A DNA stretch of 53,964 nucleotides, filler included, from an uncultured virus (IMG/VR IMGVR_UViG_2061766007_002098) (4 parts of one record of this genome joined end to end with filler, not necessarily neighbours in it), one strand, 5' to 3'. Positions 41,225 to 50,336 are shown, numbered from the whole stretch's first letter. Notes: generated by a model from the sequence alone, not told the origin. Numbers and translations: made by a program.

Positions 41225-41714
41225 ATGGGCGTACAAATCAACTTAAAGAATGTGGACTTCGGTGAATCCGGCTTTGACCTGTCCAAAGCTAATCTCGTTG
41301 TGGGCGGCGTCAATGTTCGTATCGGCGACCCCAAATTTGGAGATATGACTACAAATACGAATCGTCTCAGATTCTCGGAGCCTGTCTATATTGAGGAAGG
41401 ACAAGTTGTCACTTTCTTTGGACTTACAGGAAAGGATGTGAACGATGACGATTGTACTTTATTGATTGACGGCGTGGCGTATAACTCGGAAAACACCTCT
41501 CACTCTACTGCTGTGGCTAGNNNNNNNNNNNNNNNNNNNNNNNNNNNNNNNNNNNNNNNNNNACAAACTTAACGCGGAAAAACAGTCTGAATTTTCTTGG
41601 AAGAATACAATCGGTAGTTACTGGTTCGTGTTTACGTTTGGTGACACGCCTAGTGCTGCAACATCGACAGATGTGTTGCCAAGCGGGTTTGATATGTTCA
41701 TTGAGCGGAATTGA
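41225..41714 (+). CDS. hypothetical protein (gap inside)
   Basis: AAGGAGG RBS, MGVQINLKNVDF... Confidence 0.55.
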
Positions 41715-41775
41715 CAATTGTAACCCATCCGTGCCCACCCGCTGACGGACTCCCGCTGTTGAGCGATTTCTAGCC

Positions 41776-41801
41776 AGCAGCTGACTCTTAATCAGCGGGT
41801 C
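41776..41801 (+). other. tRNA-Lys(CTT) fragment
   Basis: AGCA-GCTGA-CTCTTAA-TCAGC-GGGTC; no D arm or acceptor upstream. Confidence 0.7.
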
Positions 41802-41833
41802 NNNNNNNNNNTAAAACTCAGGCTGAAGCCGGT

Positions 41834-42910
41834 ATGGTCCACACGAAGCATAGTGCGCTTACGGTCGTATTAACGAATACTTACAAGACTAGCGATGCTA
41901 TTCTTGTAAGGGCAGAACAACATTTTAACCCCCTCATTATCGATGGTGGCAAAAAAGCCAATATTATTGGCTCTAGTACAGATGATGCAGAATATATTAA
42001 CTACGGCATTAGAGTTTTGAAACCTGACAATTACCCTCAGGGGGATATCGACACGCAAACCCGAAAGCATATCTACGGCCTAGGATTTATGCGTTATAAA
42101 AACGCCATTTACTTTGACGGCGCTGATTGGGATAGCTCTGTAGAACATTGTTTCTTCCAAGACATTTCTGTAAATGCAATCTATTTGCGTGAGAGCGACG
42201 GAACGCTCGTTAAGGACAATTATTGCAGTTGGGTCTGGGGAAAATTCATCCATCTTTGGTATTCTAACGCCTGTCGAGTGATTGGCAACCACTCGGGTGA
42301 ATATGGCGATAATCCTCCGGGTGGAATTTTGGTGGAGTACGGGACTAACAGCCCGAACGTCATTACAGATAACGTTCTTAAAGGCTGCGGCATTACTATT
42401 CAAAATCGTAACAACATCGGGGATATTGTAGCAAACAACGTAATTAAAAATACTCTATCCGATGCGGGAATTACTATCCCTAATAGTGCTGTTGGAGTGA
42501 ATATCAACGGAAACACTCTTATGAACTGCACTATCGGTGTGGATATTTTTGGAAAGCAAACGTTAAAAGGAAATACCTTTGTCGGTTGTGCAATCGGAGC
42601 AAAACTTGATGGCTACCAGCATACTAGAATCGTTGTTGACGATAACGATTTTGAAAAATGTACAACGGGTATTTATCACGTTGCAAACTCATGGGATAAC
42701 GTCTTCAAGGATAATGTCTTCAGGGAAAATACAACGGCTATTGAAGCAGCAGATGTCTCAATGAAAAGCGTAGTTGACGGGAATTTCTTCTTGGAATGTA
42801 CACATCTGTATTCTTACACTCCGTCTAGCAGTGGGAACGACCCGATTTTTGGCACAAATTACAGCACTCAAAGCGGTTTTGAGACTGGAAGTCTGACGGA
42901 ATCTGTTTAA
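41834..42910 (+). CDS. right-handed parallel beta-helix protein (tailspike C-terminal allele)
   Basis: Repeated I..N.I.N / GNTF..C..G rungs. Confidence 0.75.
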   Translation: MVHTKHSALTVVLTNTYKTSDAILVRAEQHFNPLIIDGGKKANIIGSSTDDAEYINYGIRVLKPDNYPQGDIDTQTRKHIYGLGFMRYKNAIYFDGADWDSSVEHCFFQDISVNAIYLRESDGTLVKDNYCSWVWGKFIHLWYSNACRVIGNHSGEYGDNPPGGILVEYGTNSPNVITDNVLKGCGITIQNRNNIGDIVANNVIKNTLSDAGITIPNSAVGVNINGNTLMNCTIGVDIFGKQTLKGNTFVGCAIGAKLDGYQHTRIVVDDNDFEKCTTGIYHVANSWDNVFKDNVFRENTTAIEAADVSMKSVVDGNFFLECTHLYSYTPSSSGNDPIFGTNYSTQSGFETGSLTESV

Positions 42911-42941
42911 CATAGGTGTAGAATAGATTTAGTATTGTAAC

Positions 42942-42967
42942 CTCTTAATTAGCGGGTCGCAGGTTCG
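42942..42967 (+). other. tRNA-Lys(CTT) fragment
   Basis: CTCTTAATTAGCGGGTCGCAGGTTCG, from anticodon loop to T loop. Confidence 0.65.
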
Positions 42968-42979
42968 CAAAGGAAACAT

Positions 42980-43086
42980 ATGAAACTCACGCTCAAAGAC
43001 CTCGTTAAGCTAATCGCCCCGTACCTCGTCGCCATCGGCGGGGCTATCGGGGTGTATGCTGACGGGAAGTCTAGATTCGAATTGAT
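42980..43086 (+). CDS. small membrane (holin-like) protein, truncated
   Basis: AAGGA RBS; MKLTLKDLVKLIAPYLVAIGGAIGVYA. Confidence 0.45.
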
Positions 43087-43130
43087 NNNNNNNNNNNNNN
43101 NNNNNNNNNNNNNNNNNNNNNNNNNNNNNN

Positions 43131-43142
43131 TTAATTAATTAA
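43131..43142. other. artificial scaffold-joining linker
   Basis: TTAATTAATTAA inside N runs. Confidence 0.95.
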
Positions 43143-43186
43143 NNNNNNNNNNNNNNNNNNNNNNNNNNNNNNNNNNNNNNNNNNNN

Positions 43187-43402
43187 TCCGAAGCCTGCGC
43201 CAGACACATTGACGTGTACGAAGAACCGAATGGCGCGTGGTGCGGCGACGTTTGGAAAGCCTTTGTAAAGCTCCGTGCCACGTTGCCGTTCGCTATCTAT
43301 ACATGGAATCACGACTGGGGTTGCGGCGTAATAGATACTCAATTTATCACGGTTGAAAACGAAAAGTCCTTGCCGGAGGATGTCGAAAACCTCACTTACA
43401 AG
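43187..43402 (+). CDS. class I SAM methyltransferase C-terminal fragment
   Basis: WCGDVWKAFVKLR...DWGCGVI, as in glycan-associated methyltransferases. Confidence 0.55.
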
Positions 43403-43506
43403 NNNNNNNNNNNNNNNNNNNNNNNNNNNNNNNNNNNNNNNNNNNNNNNNNNNNNNNNNNNNNNNNNNNNNNNNNNNNNNNNNNNNNNNNNNNNNNNNNN
43501 NNNNNN

Positions 43507-44487
43507 AACCTCGTTCCAGCTCTCCTTTTGACAGAGGATGTCGAATCGTTCTTTTAGGATTTCGGCCGTGCAGTTTTTCGTGATCTTGGAAAGCGGATGC
43601 GCTTCTTCGTATGGTCCGAAATTGAAGGAAGAACCGAGAAGGACCGCCCCAATTGCTGTTGCTTCGAGAAGCTTCAAGTTACTTTTTGCCCGATTGAATA
43701 CGTTATCCTGGAGGGGCGCCAAGTAAAAGTTAGGATTGATGCTTGCGATGGTAGCTGGGAATTCGATCGTAGAGACGTTCTTGTGTACAGTTATCCTTTC
43801 CTTGTATTCCTGCAGGCAATCCGGCACGTTGAAAAGATGCAGATCGATTCGGTCGTTCGCTACGGCGTTCTTTAGCCAAGGGAGCCATGGTCCCGCAAAG
43901 TCGCCGTCCATTCCTTCCCTAAAGTGAGAAGTAGACCCCGCGTAAAGGACTCTAGGCTTGTCAAGGTCACCTCCTACAAGGTGTCTTTCGATATACCCGA
44001 AAAAGAAGCGCGGGACGGCGTTGGGCAGAAGCTTAACGTGCTTCCATCCGAAGCGGTACTCCATGCAGCGCTTGAGCCATTCTGTAGTGACCGTCACCCC
44101 GTCAATGTCTCCGAGGCTGCGTTCCATGATGGCGCCTACGGGCTTCACGTCTATGCGGGTGATATTGTAGGTCGGGATCGTCTGCTTTCCGTCAAGGTCA
44201 AAGACAATATCGTCAAAGTCCGCAAAAATCTTGAAGCCGAAGCGGTTACGCTTGCGTTTGTAGTGCTGGATGAAAGTTTCCTGGTTCTCCGTTGTCGGCC
44301 TAAAAATCACGATCGCGGCGGTGTACTTGAGGATGTAATCGTCGGTGATTTCGGCACGCGAGACTATAACCTCCACGTCGCCGGAACGGCTGGAGCGTAG
44401 CAAGGCTGCCATGGCGTCGCAGCGGTAGAAAGCGCAGGCGCTCTTGTCGGCCGGGTGCAGGATGATTACGTTCTTCTTGATGAACAT
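43507..44487 (-). CDS. GT-B (GT4-like) glycosyltransferase
   Basis: SACAFYR, FADFDD, YAGSTSH, LAPLQDNVFNRAKSNLKLLEA. Confidence 0.85.
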
Positions 44488-44526
44488 TGCTATTCCTCCC
44501 ATGTAATGACGAAATANNNNNNNNNN

Positions 44527-44863
44527 TGGCTCCCCATTCGGTACGGCCTTCACCGATGCGGATTTTCGGGTTCTTGAATTCCAGGCGGCGTTCCTTGTCT
44601 CCGGCTTTCGGGTAGCCGAGGGTAAAGACGAGGCTGTCAAAGTGTTTTACCCATTCACCGCTATTTACGTGACTCTTTACAAAATCCTCAAAGTGAGTCA
44701 TGAAATGCGCGGATTTCGTCGCCGCCACGCAAATTTCGCCGAGGCTGTATTTGAGAAGGCGGCTCGTCCAGTAAGCGCTAGATTCGCGGTACTCTTCTTT
44801 TTTGATTCCGGCCTTGATAAGGTCGAACCATTTCTTTTTAAGTGGTAGTGTTAAGGTTTTCAT
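44527..44863 (-). CDS. ASCH-domain protein (second copy)
   Basis: LTLPLKKKWFDLIKAGIKKEEYRE...FTLGYPK...EWGA. Confidence 0.8.
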
Positions 44864-45599
44864 TTTCCACCTCTAAAGCCACGTAACGGCGAGTGTAAGC
44901 ACGCCTGCGGCTATCCAATAAACAAACATCTTTACATCGCCCTTGAACGCATACGGCACCGCCGCGATAAAATCCAAGGCCATTAAGATCGTAGGGAATA
45001 CTTTCTCCATTAGACAAATTCCCCTTTGCTGTATTTATAAGGTTCTACAACCCGGTCACGCTCGTAGAGAGATTCTCCTTTCCGCCTTCGCTTCATCTGC
45101 TTGGGCGTTAGCTGGTAAAAACCTCTTACAGAGTGCCATTCGTTAACGGGTTTTACCGTATCANNNNNNNNNNCTTGCTGAAATCGTAAGGCTCGACAAC
45201 CCGGTCACGCTCGTATAGCGTTTCGCCTTTTCGCTTTCGCATCATCTGCTTGGGCGTGAGCTGGTGAAAACCTCTTATGGAGTGCCACTCGCTAACGGGT
45301 TTTACCGTTTCATCTGTCGCCATTGTTGACCTCCTTCTTTTCGCAAGCAAGACAGATAAACCGATGTTTCTCCTTATCGAGCCTGCAGTTTTTCATGAAT
45401 CCGCAAACGTCGCAATTCACGTAGTCAAGATAAAGCCTTCTTTTCATTCGGCCACCTTCGGGACTGGTAGTCCGTGCTTGATCCTGTNNNNNNNNNNCGC
45501 AGGAAAGACAGATAAACCGACGTTTCACCTTGTCAAGCCTGCAGTTTTTCAAGAATCCGCAAACGTCACAATTTACGTAATCAAGATAAAGCTTTCTTT

Positions 45600-45962
45600 T
45601 CATTCGGCCACCTTCGGGACTGGTAGTCCGTGCTTGATCCTGTAACGATAGGTGCCGTATTTCATGCCCGTTCTTTTTTCGAAAGATTCCTGCCATCGTC
45701 TCACGTAGGCGGTGACCTTTTGGCGGTGCTTCCGTTGGTATGTCTTGCACTTTCTGTTGTTGGCGGCCTTTCCCTTTGGCGTGTTGCGGTATCGCTTGGA
45801 ACGGCGGCGGGCAAGCTCGCGTTCGTGTGACCGTTTTTCCATGGCCCTTTCGCGCATTTCCGCAGAGGTAGCGCACAACATCGTATCTACGGCGCTAATG
45901 GAGGCGAGGGCGGAACGGCGGCGGGCTTCGGCGTAAATGTCGATTTCTTTTTTCTTCGCCAT
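45600..45962 (-). CDS. basic hypothetical protein
   Basis: 120 aa, Arg/Lys-rich, directly after ssb. Confidence 0.55.
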   Translation of the reverse strand: MAKKKEIDIYAEARRRSALASISAVDTMLCATSAEMRERAMEKRSHERELARRRSKRYRNTPKGKAANNRKCKTYQRKHRQKVTAYVRRWQESFEKRTGMKYGTYRYRIKHGLPVPKVAE

Positions 45963-45971
45963 CTTTCCACC

Positions 45972-46403
45972 CTAGAACGGAAGTTCGTCTTCGTTTTCCT
46001 GCGGCATTGCTCCGGCGGTCTTTTCTTCCTTCGGCGGGTTGCTGTAGTTGTAAGCCGGGGCGCTGTTGGTGCGCGGCGTGAGAATCTGCACCGCGTCGGC
46101 CTGCAGTTCCGCGATGTTCTTCTGCTGTCCGTCCTGGTCTACATAGTTGCGGAAATTCATTTCGCCGGACACGAAAAGGGAAATTCCCTTCCCGATGTTC
46201 AGGTTCGCGATATTCTCGGCCAGCTTGCCGAAACAAACCACGTTGAACCAGTTCGTGATTTCCTTCTGTTCGCCGTTCTTGTCGCGGTACTTTTTCGATA
46301 CTGCGACGGAGAAAAGGACCTTCTGTCCTCCGCTGGGAAGGGTTACGACGGTTGCGGGCTTGCCCGTGTTTCCGATGATTTCAGTTCTGTTCAAGTATGC
46401 CAT
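45972..46403 (-). CDS. ssb: single-stranded DNA-binding protein
   Basis: MAYLNRTEIIGNTGK...NEDELPF. Confidence 0.9.
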   Translation of the reverse strand: MAYLNRTEIIGNTGKPATVVTLPSGGQKVLFSVAVSKKYRDKNGEQKEITNWFNVVCFGKLAENIANLNIGKGISLFVSGEMNFRNYVDQDGQQKNIAELQADAVQILTPRTNSAPAYNYSNPPKEEKTAGAMPQENEDELPF

Positions 46404-46717
46404 TTTGTTTTTTCCTTTTTGTTGATGGTAAATTTTACCCATGGATGATTTTTGCGATAGCGCAAGCGACGGCGACGCAGTAAAAGAGAATGAGAACCAA
46501 GGCCACGATAGCGACGAACCACGTCCAGACATCGTTTACGATCTGGTTGAAAGTCTTCTTTGTCTTCATTTTAACGTCTCTATTATTTTTTTGTAACAAG
46601 CGTTGCAAAGATTGAAATAGTCATAACCATTCTCTTTTGCAACAGTAACAAAGTTTATATCACTAATGTTTGTATCTTTTTTACATTTGGTGCATAAAAA
46701 TTTTCTCATTTTCTGAT

Positions 46718-47140
46718 TCATACTACCTCCTTTTCGATATTGTCGCACACCTTGCGGAGCTTTCTAGACAAATCCTTCTTTCCTTCGGGGTAGTTGTTCA
46801 TGTTCTTGTCATACGGCAACACCGAGTTTACAAACACGTTGTATATGTCTGTTGCGAGGAATTTCGCGCTGTTGCTTCTGTGTATTTGGTGGCACGGTCT
46901 GCACAGAGGGTGTCCGCATCCGTAATCCTTGAACGAGTACGAGAATTCGTAGATTATGAATTCTCCCACGGCGCAAAGTTTAACGCTTACGTAAGAGTGC
47001 GGAATCAATCCTTCGCGGAATTCAAGACAATTATCGGTATACACGCCGCAAGCGTTCTGAATGCCTTCGCCTATTGCGGATAGGCGCCACGGACGGTTCT
47101 GCGGGTCGTCCGCGAATATGTCAAGTTGTACGGAGTCCAT
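46718..47140 (-). CDS. hypothetical protein with N-terminal QLDIF motif
   Basis: MDSVQLDIFAD. Confidence 0.65.
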   Translation of the reverse strand: MDSVQLDIFADDPQNRPWRLSAIGEGIQNACGVYTDNCLEFREGLIPHSYVSVKLCAVGEFIIYEFSYSFKDYGCGHPLCRPCHQIHRSNSAKFLATDIYNVFVNSVLPYDKNMNNYPEGKKDLSRKLRKVCDNIEKEVV

Positions 47141-47150
47141 TTATAAATCC

Positions 47151-48014
47151 TTAACCTTTCTTGAATACCAAAATATTTTGGTGTACCTTTACGAGTTTAC
47201 GTGTTTTCATGTTTCCTTCGGCTCTCATAGAAGCAGAGGCAATAGGGTTCAACAGAATAGCTTCGTTGTAGTAGTTCATTCCGCAATCCATAAATGCCTT
47301 GATAGTGTCCGGCACAAATCCGATATAATTACCATTTTTACCGCGAACCTCTCCGACAACAAAGCAAGCGAAACCGCCCTTTTTGAGTTTAAAACAAGCC
47401 TTCTTTATAATTGATCGATAGGCGACAAGGAAATCTTTGTAATTCATATTTGAAATGTCTCCTTCCAAGTCGCTGTAAACCTCCAAGTCTGCGTAAGGAG
47501 GACAAGAAAAAACGAGGTCGTATTCGCGCACGATTTTGTCCAATACCTTGTTAGAATCTCCGACATAGTAGTTAGGTTGGTTGTCAACATCCAAGATTGC
47601 CTGGGCTTGTTCGCGGTTTGAGTCAATTTGTTCTTGACGAATGTCAATGCCAGTGTAATTATAACCGAGATAATTCGCGACAATTCCGCGAACGGAACCG
47701 CCCGCGAACGGGTCGAGAATATCTCCGTTTTCTGGGCAGAACCACTTGTAAATAACTTCACACAAAGCAGGGTCAAATATTGAAACATAGTCAACAGAAT
47801 TTTTTTCTTTTGCGGTTGTGTCAATGTGGATGCAGGAGGAATCTCGACCTATTTCGGATTTGATTCCCTTCATTTTCCACAAGTTCTTGCGGACTTGCCA
47901 CGGCCCTCTTTTGGTGTCAATTACGCTAAATGGAGGCTCGATGAACTTGTCGCGAAGGATTACATCTTGCTTGACTGGCACGCCGAACAAGTCTACTTGT
48001 TCATACCCCCCCCC
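47151..48014 (-). CDS. alpha-class (N4C-type) DNA methyltransferase (start in gap)
   Basis: SIFDP, ILDPFAGGSVRG (motif I), VFSCPPY (motif IV). Confidence 0.9.
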   Translation of the reverse strand, partial: GGGYEQVDLFGVPVKQDVILRDKFIEPPFSVIDTKRGPWQVRKNLWKMKGIKSEIGRDSSCIHIDTTAKEKNSVDYVSIFDPALCEVIYKWFCPENGDILDPFAGGSVRGIVANYLGYNYTGIDIRQEQIDSNREQAQAILDVDNQPNYYVGDSNKVLDKIVREYDLVFSCPPYADLEVYSDLEGDISNMNYKDFLVAYRSIIKKACFKLKKGGFACFVVGEVRGKNGNYIGFVPDTIKAFMDCGMNYYNEAILLNPIASASMRAEGNMKTRKLVKVHQNILVFKKG

Positions 48015-48042
48015 NNNNNNNNNNCGTATTCTTCGTTGTAAA

Positions 48043-48609
48043 TCATGCGGCCCCCTTCCTCCTCTTGGATTTCTTGTCAATGGCGAATCCTTCCGGCTGC
48101 AATCTGTGGCCTTCCTCGTCATAGTATCCGAGTTGCACGCGCCTCTGGAATACGCTAGGCTGTTCTTTCTTGAGGTTCTGTATGTACTCCTCGTCTGTGT
48201 ATCCAGTCAATCGCAAGTAAACCTTATGGAATTCGTCGGAGTTCATTACTTTCTTTTGAATACATTCCCCGCTATAATGAACGTAGGCATTTATATGCCT
48301 TCCGTCCTTACGTTTCCATGAGTATTCAATCGCGTCTACGTTGCAGATTTCGCGAGCGGTTATGGGCTTCCCACAGCAGAAGCATTCTCCAATAACATCT
48401 TCGTAGTCCACGCGGTCATCTTCGCGGAGGTCGTACCAGTAAATGCCAGCCTTGACAAATCTGTCTACGCACTCGGCCACGTACTCGCGCACGTTGCCTC
48501 TATATTTGGCCCATAGTTCATTGCATATTGCTTCTGCCTTGCGTTCGCAGATAACATGGAGCGGTTCTTCTTCCACGGGTGCGAACATGTCAAGCTGTAC
48601 TGCGTCCAT
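48043..48609 (-). CDS. hypothetical protein with N-terminal QLDMF motif
   Basis: MDAVQLDMFAP, CxxC. Confidence 0.65.
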   Translation of the reverse strand: MDAVQLDMFAPVEEEPLHVICERKAEAICNELWAKYRGNVREYVAECVDRFVKAGIYWYDLREDDRVDYEDVIGECFCCGKPITAREICNVDAIEYSWKRKDGRHINAYVHYSGECIQKKVMNSDEFHKVYLRLTGYTDEEYIQNLKKEQPSVFQRRVQLGYYDEEGHRLQPEGFAIDKKSKRRKGAA

Positions 48610-48700
48610 TTACAAATCCTTAACCTTTCTTGAATACCAAAATATTTTGGTGTACCTTTACGANNNNNNNNNNATGCCTCTTGTTTGATGTTGTAACCTA

Positions 48701-48739
48701 AATATATATTATCGTGAGCGTATTGTCAATAGGTGAGCG
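48701..48739 (-). promoter_or_regulatory. second copy of the strong early promoter/operator
   Basis: Near-identical to 21791-21829. Confidence 0.85.
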
Positions 48740-48789
48740 AAAAAAAATCGCAACCACCCATTATGGCTGGACGGTGCGACCAGTTTTTT

Positions 48790-48840
48790 TTACTTCTTGG
48801 GCGGTTTCTTTCCGCCTTTCTTCTTGCCACCGCAAGCCAT
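48790..48840 (-). CDS. 16-aa basic micropeptide MACGGKKKGGKKPPKK
   Basis: GGAGG RBS, ATG...TAA, followed by a hairpin and T run. Confidence 0.6.
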   Translation of the reverse strand: MACGGKKKGGKKPPKK

Positions 48841-49305
48841 AGGGCCTCCTTGGTTGAGGGTTTTACAAAAGGTTCTCCAGGGGTAGCGCCTTCTTTGTCG
48901 GAACTATACCAATCTAGTTTTTTATCCCGCCAAGAGGCTCTGGTCGGTTCTTACGGAGAAATCTACGAGCAACCCTGGAGCGCCGGAGCCATCGTTCGTT
49001 CAGGCGTCCGGCCTTTTAAATTTTTCCCTGCAGAAAAGCCGCTTATAGAAGAAGAAAACTGAAACGAGTCACGTCTTCGCCGCAGGGTTTCCCCCGATCG
49101 TTCGGTCACGGGGAGAAAATCACCTTCTAGTCCCTGTCATTGTCGATAAGGTCGATAATTCGAGCCTGCAAAGCCTTCTTGTAAGCCTTCATTGCGGCAA
49201 GCTGTGCAGGCCAGAGAGCTTTCGCGGATGCGTTTACGCTGGCGGGATCGGCCGCAATGGCGTTNNNNNNNNNNGATCGTTCGGTCACGGGGAGAAAGTT
49301 ACCTT

Positions 49306-49513
49306 CTAGTCCTTGTCATTGTCGATAAGGTCGATAATTCGAGCCTGCAAAGCCTTCTTGTAAGCCTTCATTGCGGCAAGCTGTGCAGGCCAAAGAGCTT
49401 TCGCGGATGCGTTTACGCTGGCGGGATCGGCCGCAATGGCGTTNNNNNNNNNNAGTTGGAATCTTCGCCTGTTCCTGGCAGAGCTGGCCGATGTTTTCGC
49501 AAGTATCACCCAT
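49306..49513 (-). CDS. crAss001_48-like small protein (gap inside; duplicate 3' end at 49127-49264)
   Basis: QLAAMKAYKKALQARI motif. Confidence 0.5.
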
Positions 49514-49559
49514 AATTTATTCCTTTGCCTTTCCTGGCGGTTTTTGATTGTGAATTGTC

Positions 49560-49628
49560 GCCCTCCGGGCGGTGAAAGTTAGGGGAGCATTATACCCTTG
49601 TGTTGTGGTAAAATGCGGCCCGGAGGGC
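49560..49628 (-). ncRNA. 69-nt hairpin RNA, copy D
   Basis: GCCCTCCGGGC...GCCCGGAGGGC stem, CAACACAA loop, CCCCTAA; starts 5 nt after tRNA-Ser. Confidence 0.65.
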
Positions 49629-49633
49629 TTTAG

Positions 49634-49715
49634 CGGAAGATGAAGGACTCGAACCTTCAAGCGGTAACCCGCGACTCTTTAGCAAAGAGTTTCCTTACCA
49701 TTAGGTTAATCTTCC
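49634..49715 (-). tRNA. tRNA-Ser(GCT)
   Basis: GGAAGAT/ATCTTCC, ACTCT-TTGCTAA-AGAGT, variable arm, GAAGG-TTCGAGT-CCTTC, G73. Confidence 0.9.
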
Positions 49716-49810
49716 ATGGGTGCGGCCTTTTACTGTCGCGGTGCCGAACCAATTCTTCCGCGGGATGTTGTTTTAGAGAGTAGCGCTTTTGACCACATCC
49801 AAAGCTCTAG

Positions 49811-49887
49811 AGGGGTTCCCGGACTCGGACCGGGCGGAGGCTAAAAGAGACACAACAACACGCACTCCGGCAAAGCCTGCAACCCCT
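49811..49887 (-). ncRNA. 77-nt tRNA-mimic RNA with a 20-nt antisense-like loop
   Basis: AGGGGTT/AACCCCT, CCCGG-TCCGAGT-CCGGG, mini D hairpin, GGAG/CTCC stem. Confidence 0.75.
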
Positions 49888-50007
49888 TGTGGACTACTTG
49901 ATGGTAAGAGTCCTTTCCTTCGGCTTGATGACGATGCCTTCGTGGAAGAGTTCCAGCATCTTGTCGGTGGTAATGCCAGCGGCCTTGATCATGGCGGNNN
50001 NNNNNNN

Positions 50008-50326
50008 CGTCGAAATCGTCCGAGCCGTCAATCATGAAAAGGGCGCAAAGGGCGTACTTTCGGGCGTAGCTGCTGCACGCTCCAGTAAGCTGCGCCGGGT
50101 CCATGCCCGTTTTGGTGTCCTGTTCGCGCGCCCAACCCTGCGCGGAGAATTCCTTTTCGCCGATGTAGAGCTTCGCGGTGGCAACCACGTAGAAGCGCCC
50201 CTCGGTGTAGCGGACTTCGTCGGTCAAAACGAGGTCTACGCCGAATTCGTCAAGGACGGGCTTTACCGCCTCGTAGATGTCTTCAGCGCTGCGGTAGTTG
50301 TACTTGCCGAACGTGTTCTTGTTTTT
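50008..50326 (-). CDS. erf: Erf-family single-strand annealing protein (fragment)
   Basis: FGKYNYRSAEDI...GMDPAQLTGACSSYARKYAL. Confidence 0.85.
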
Positions 50327-50336
50327 NNNNNNNNNN

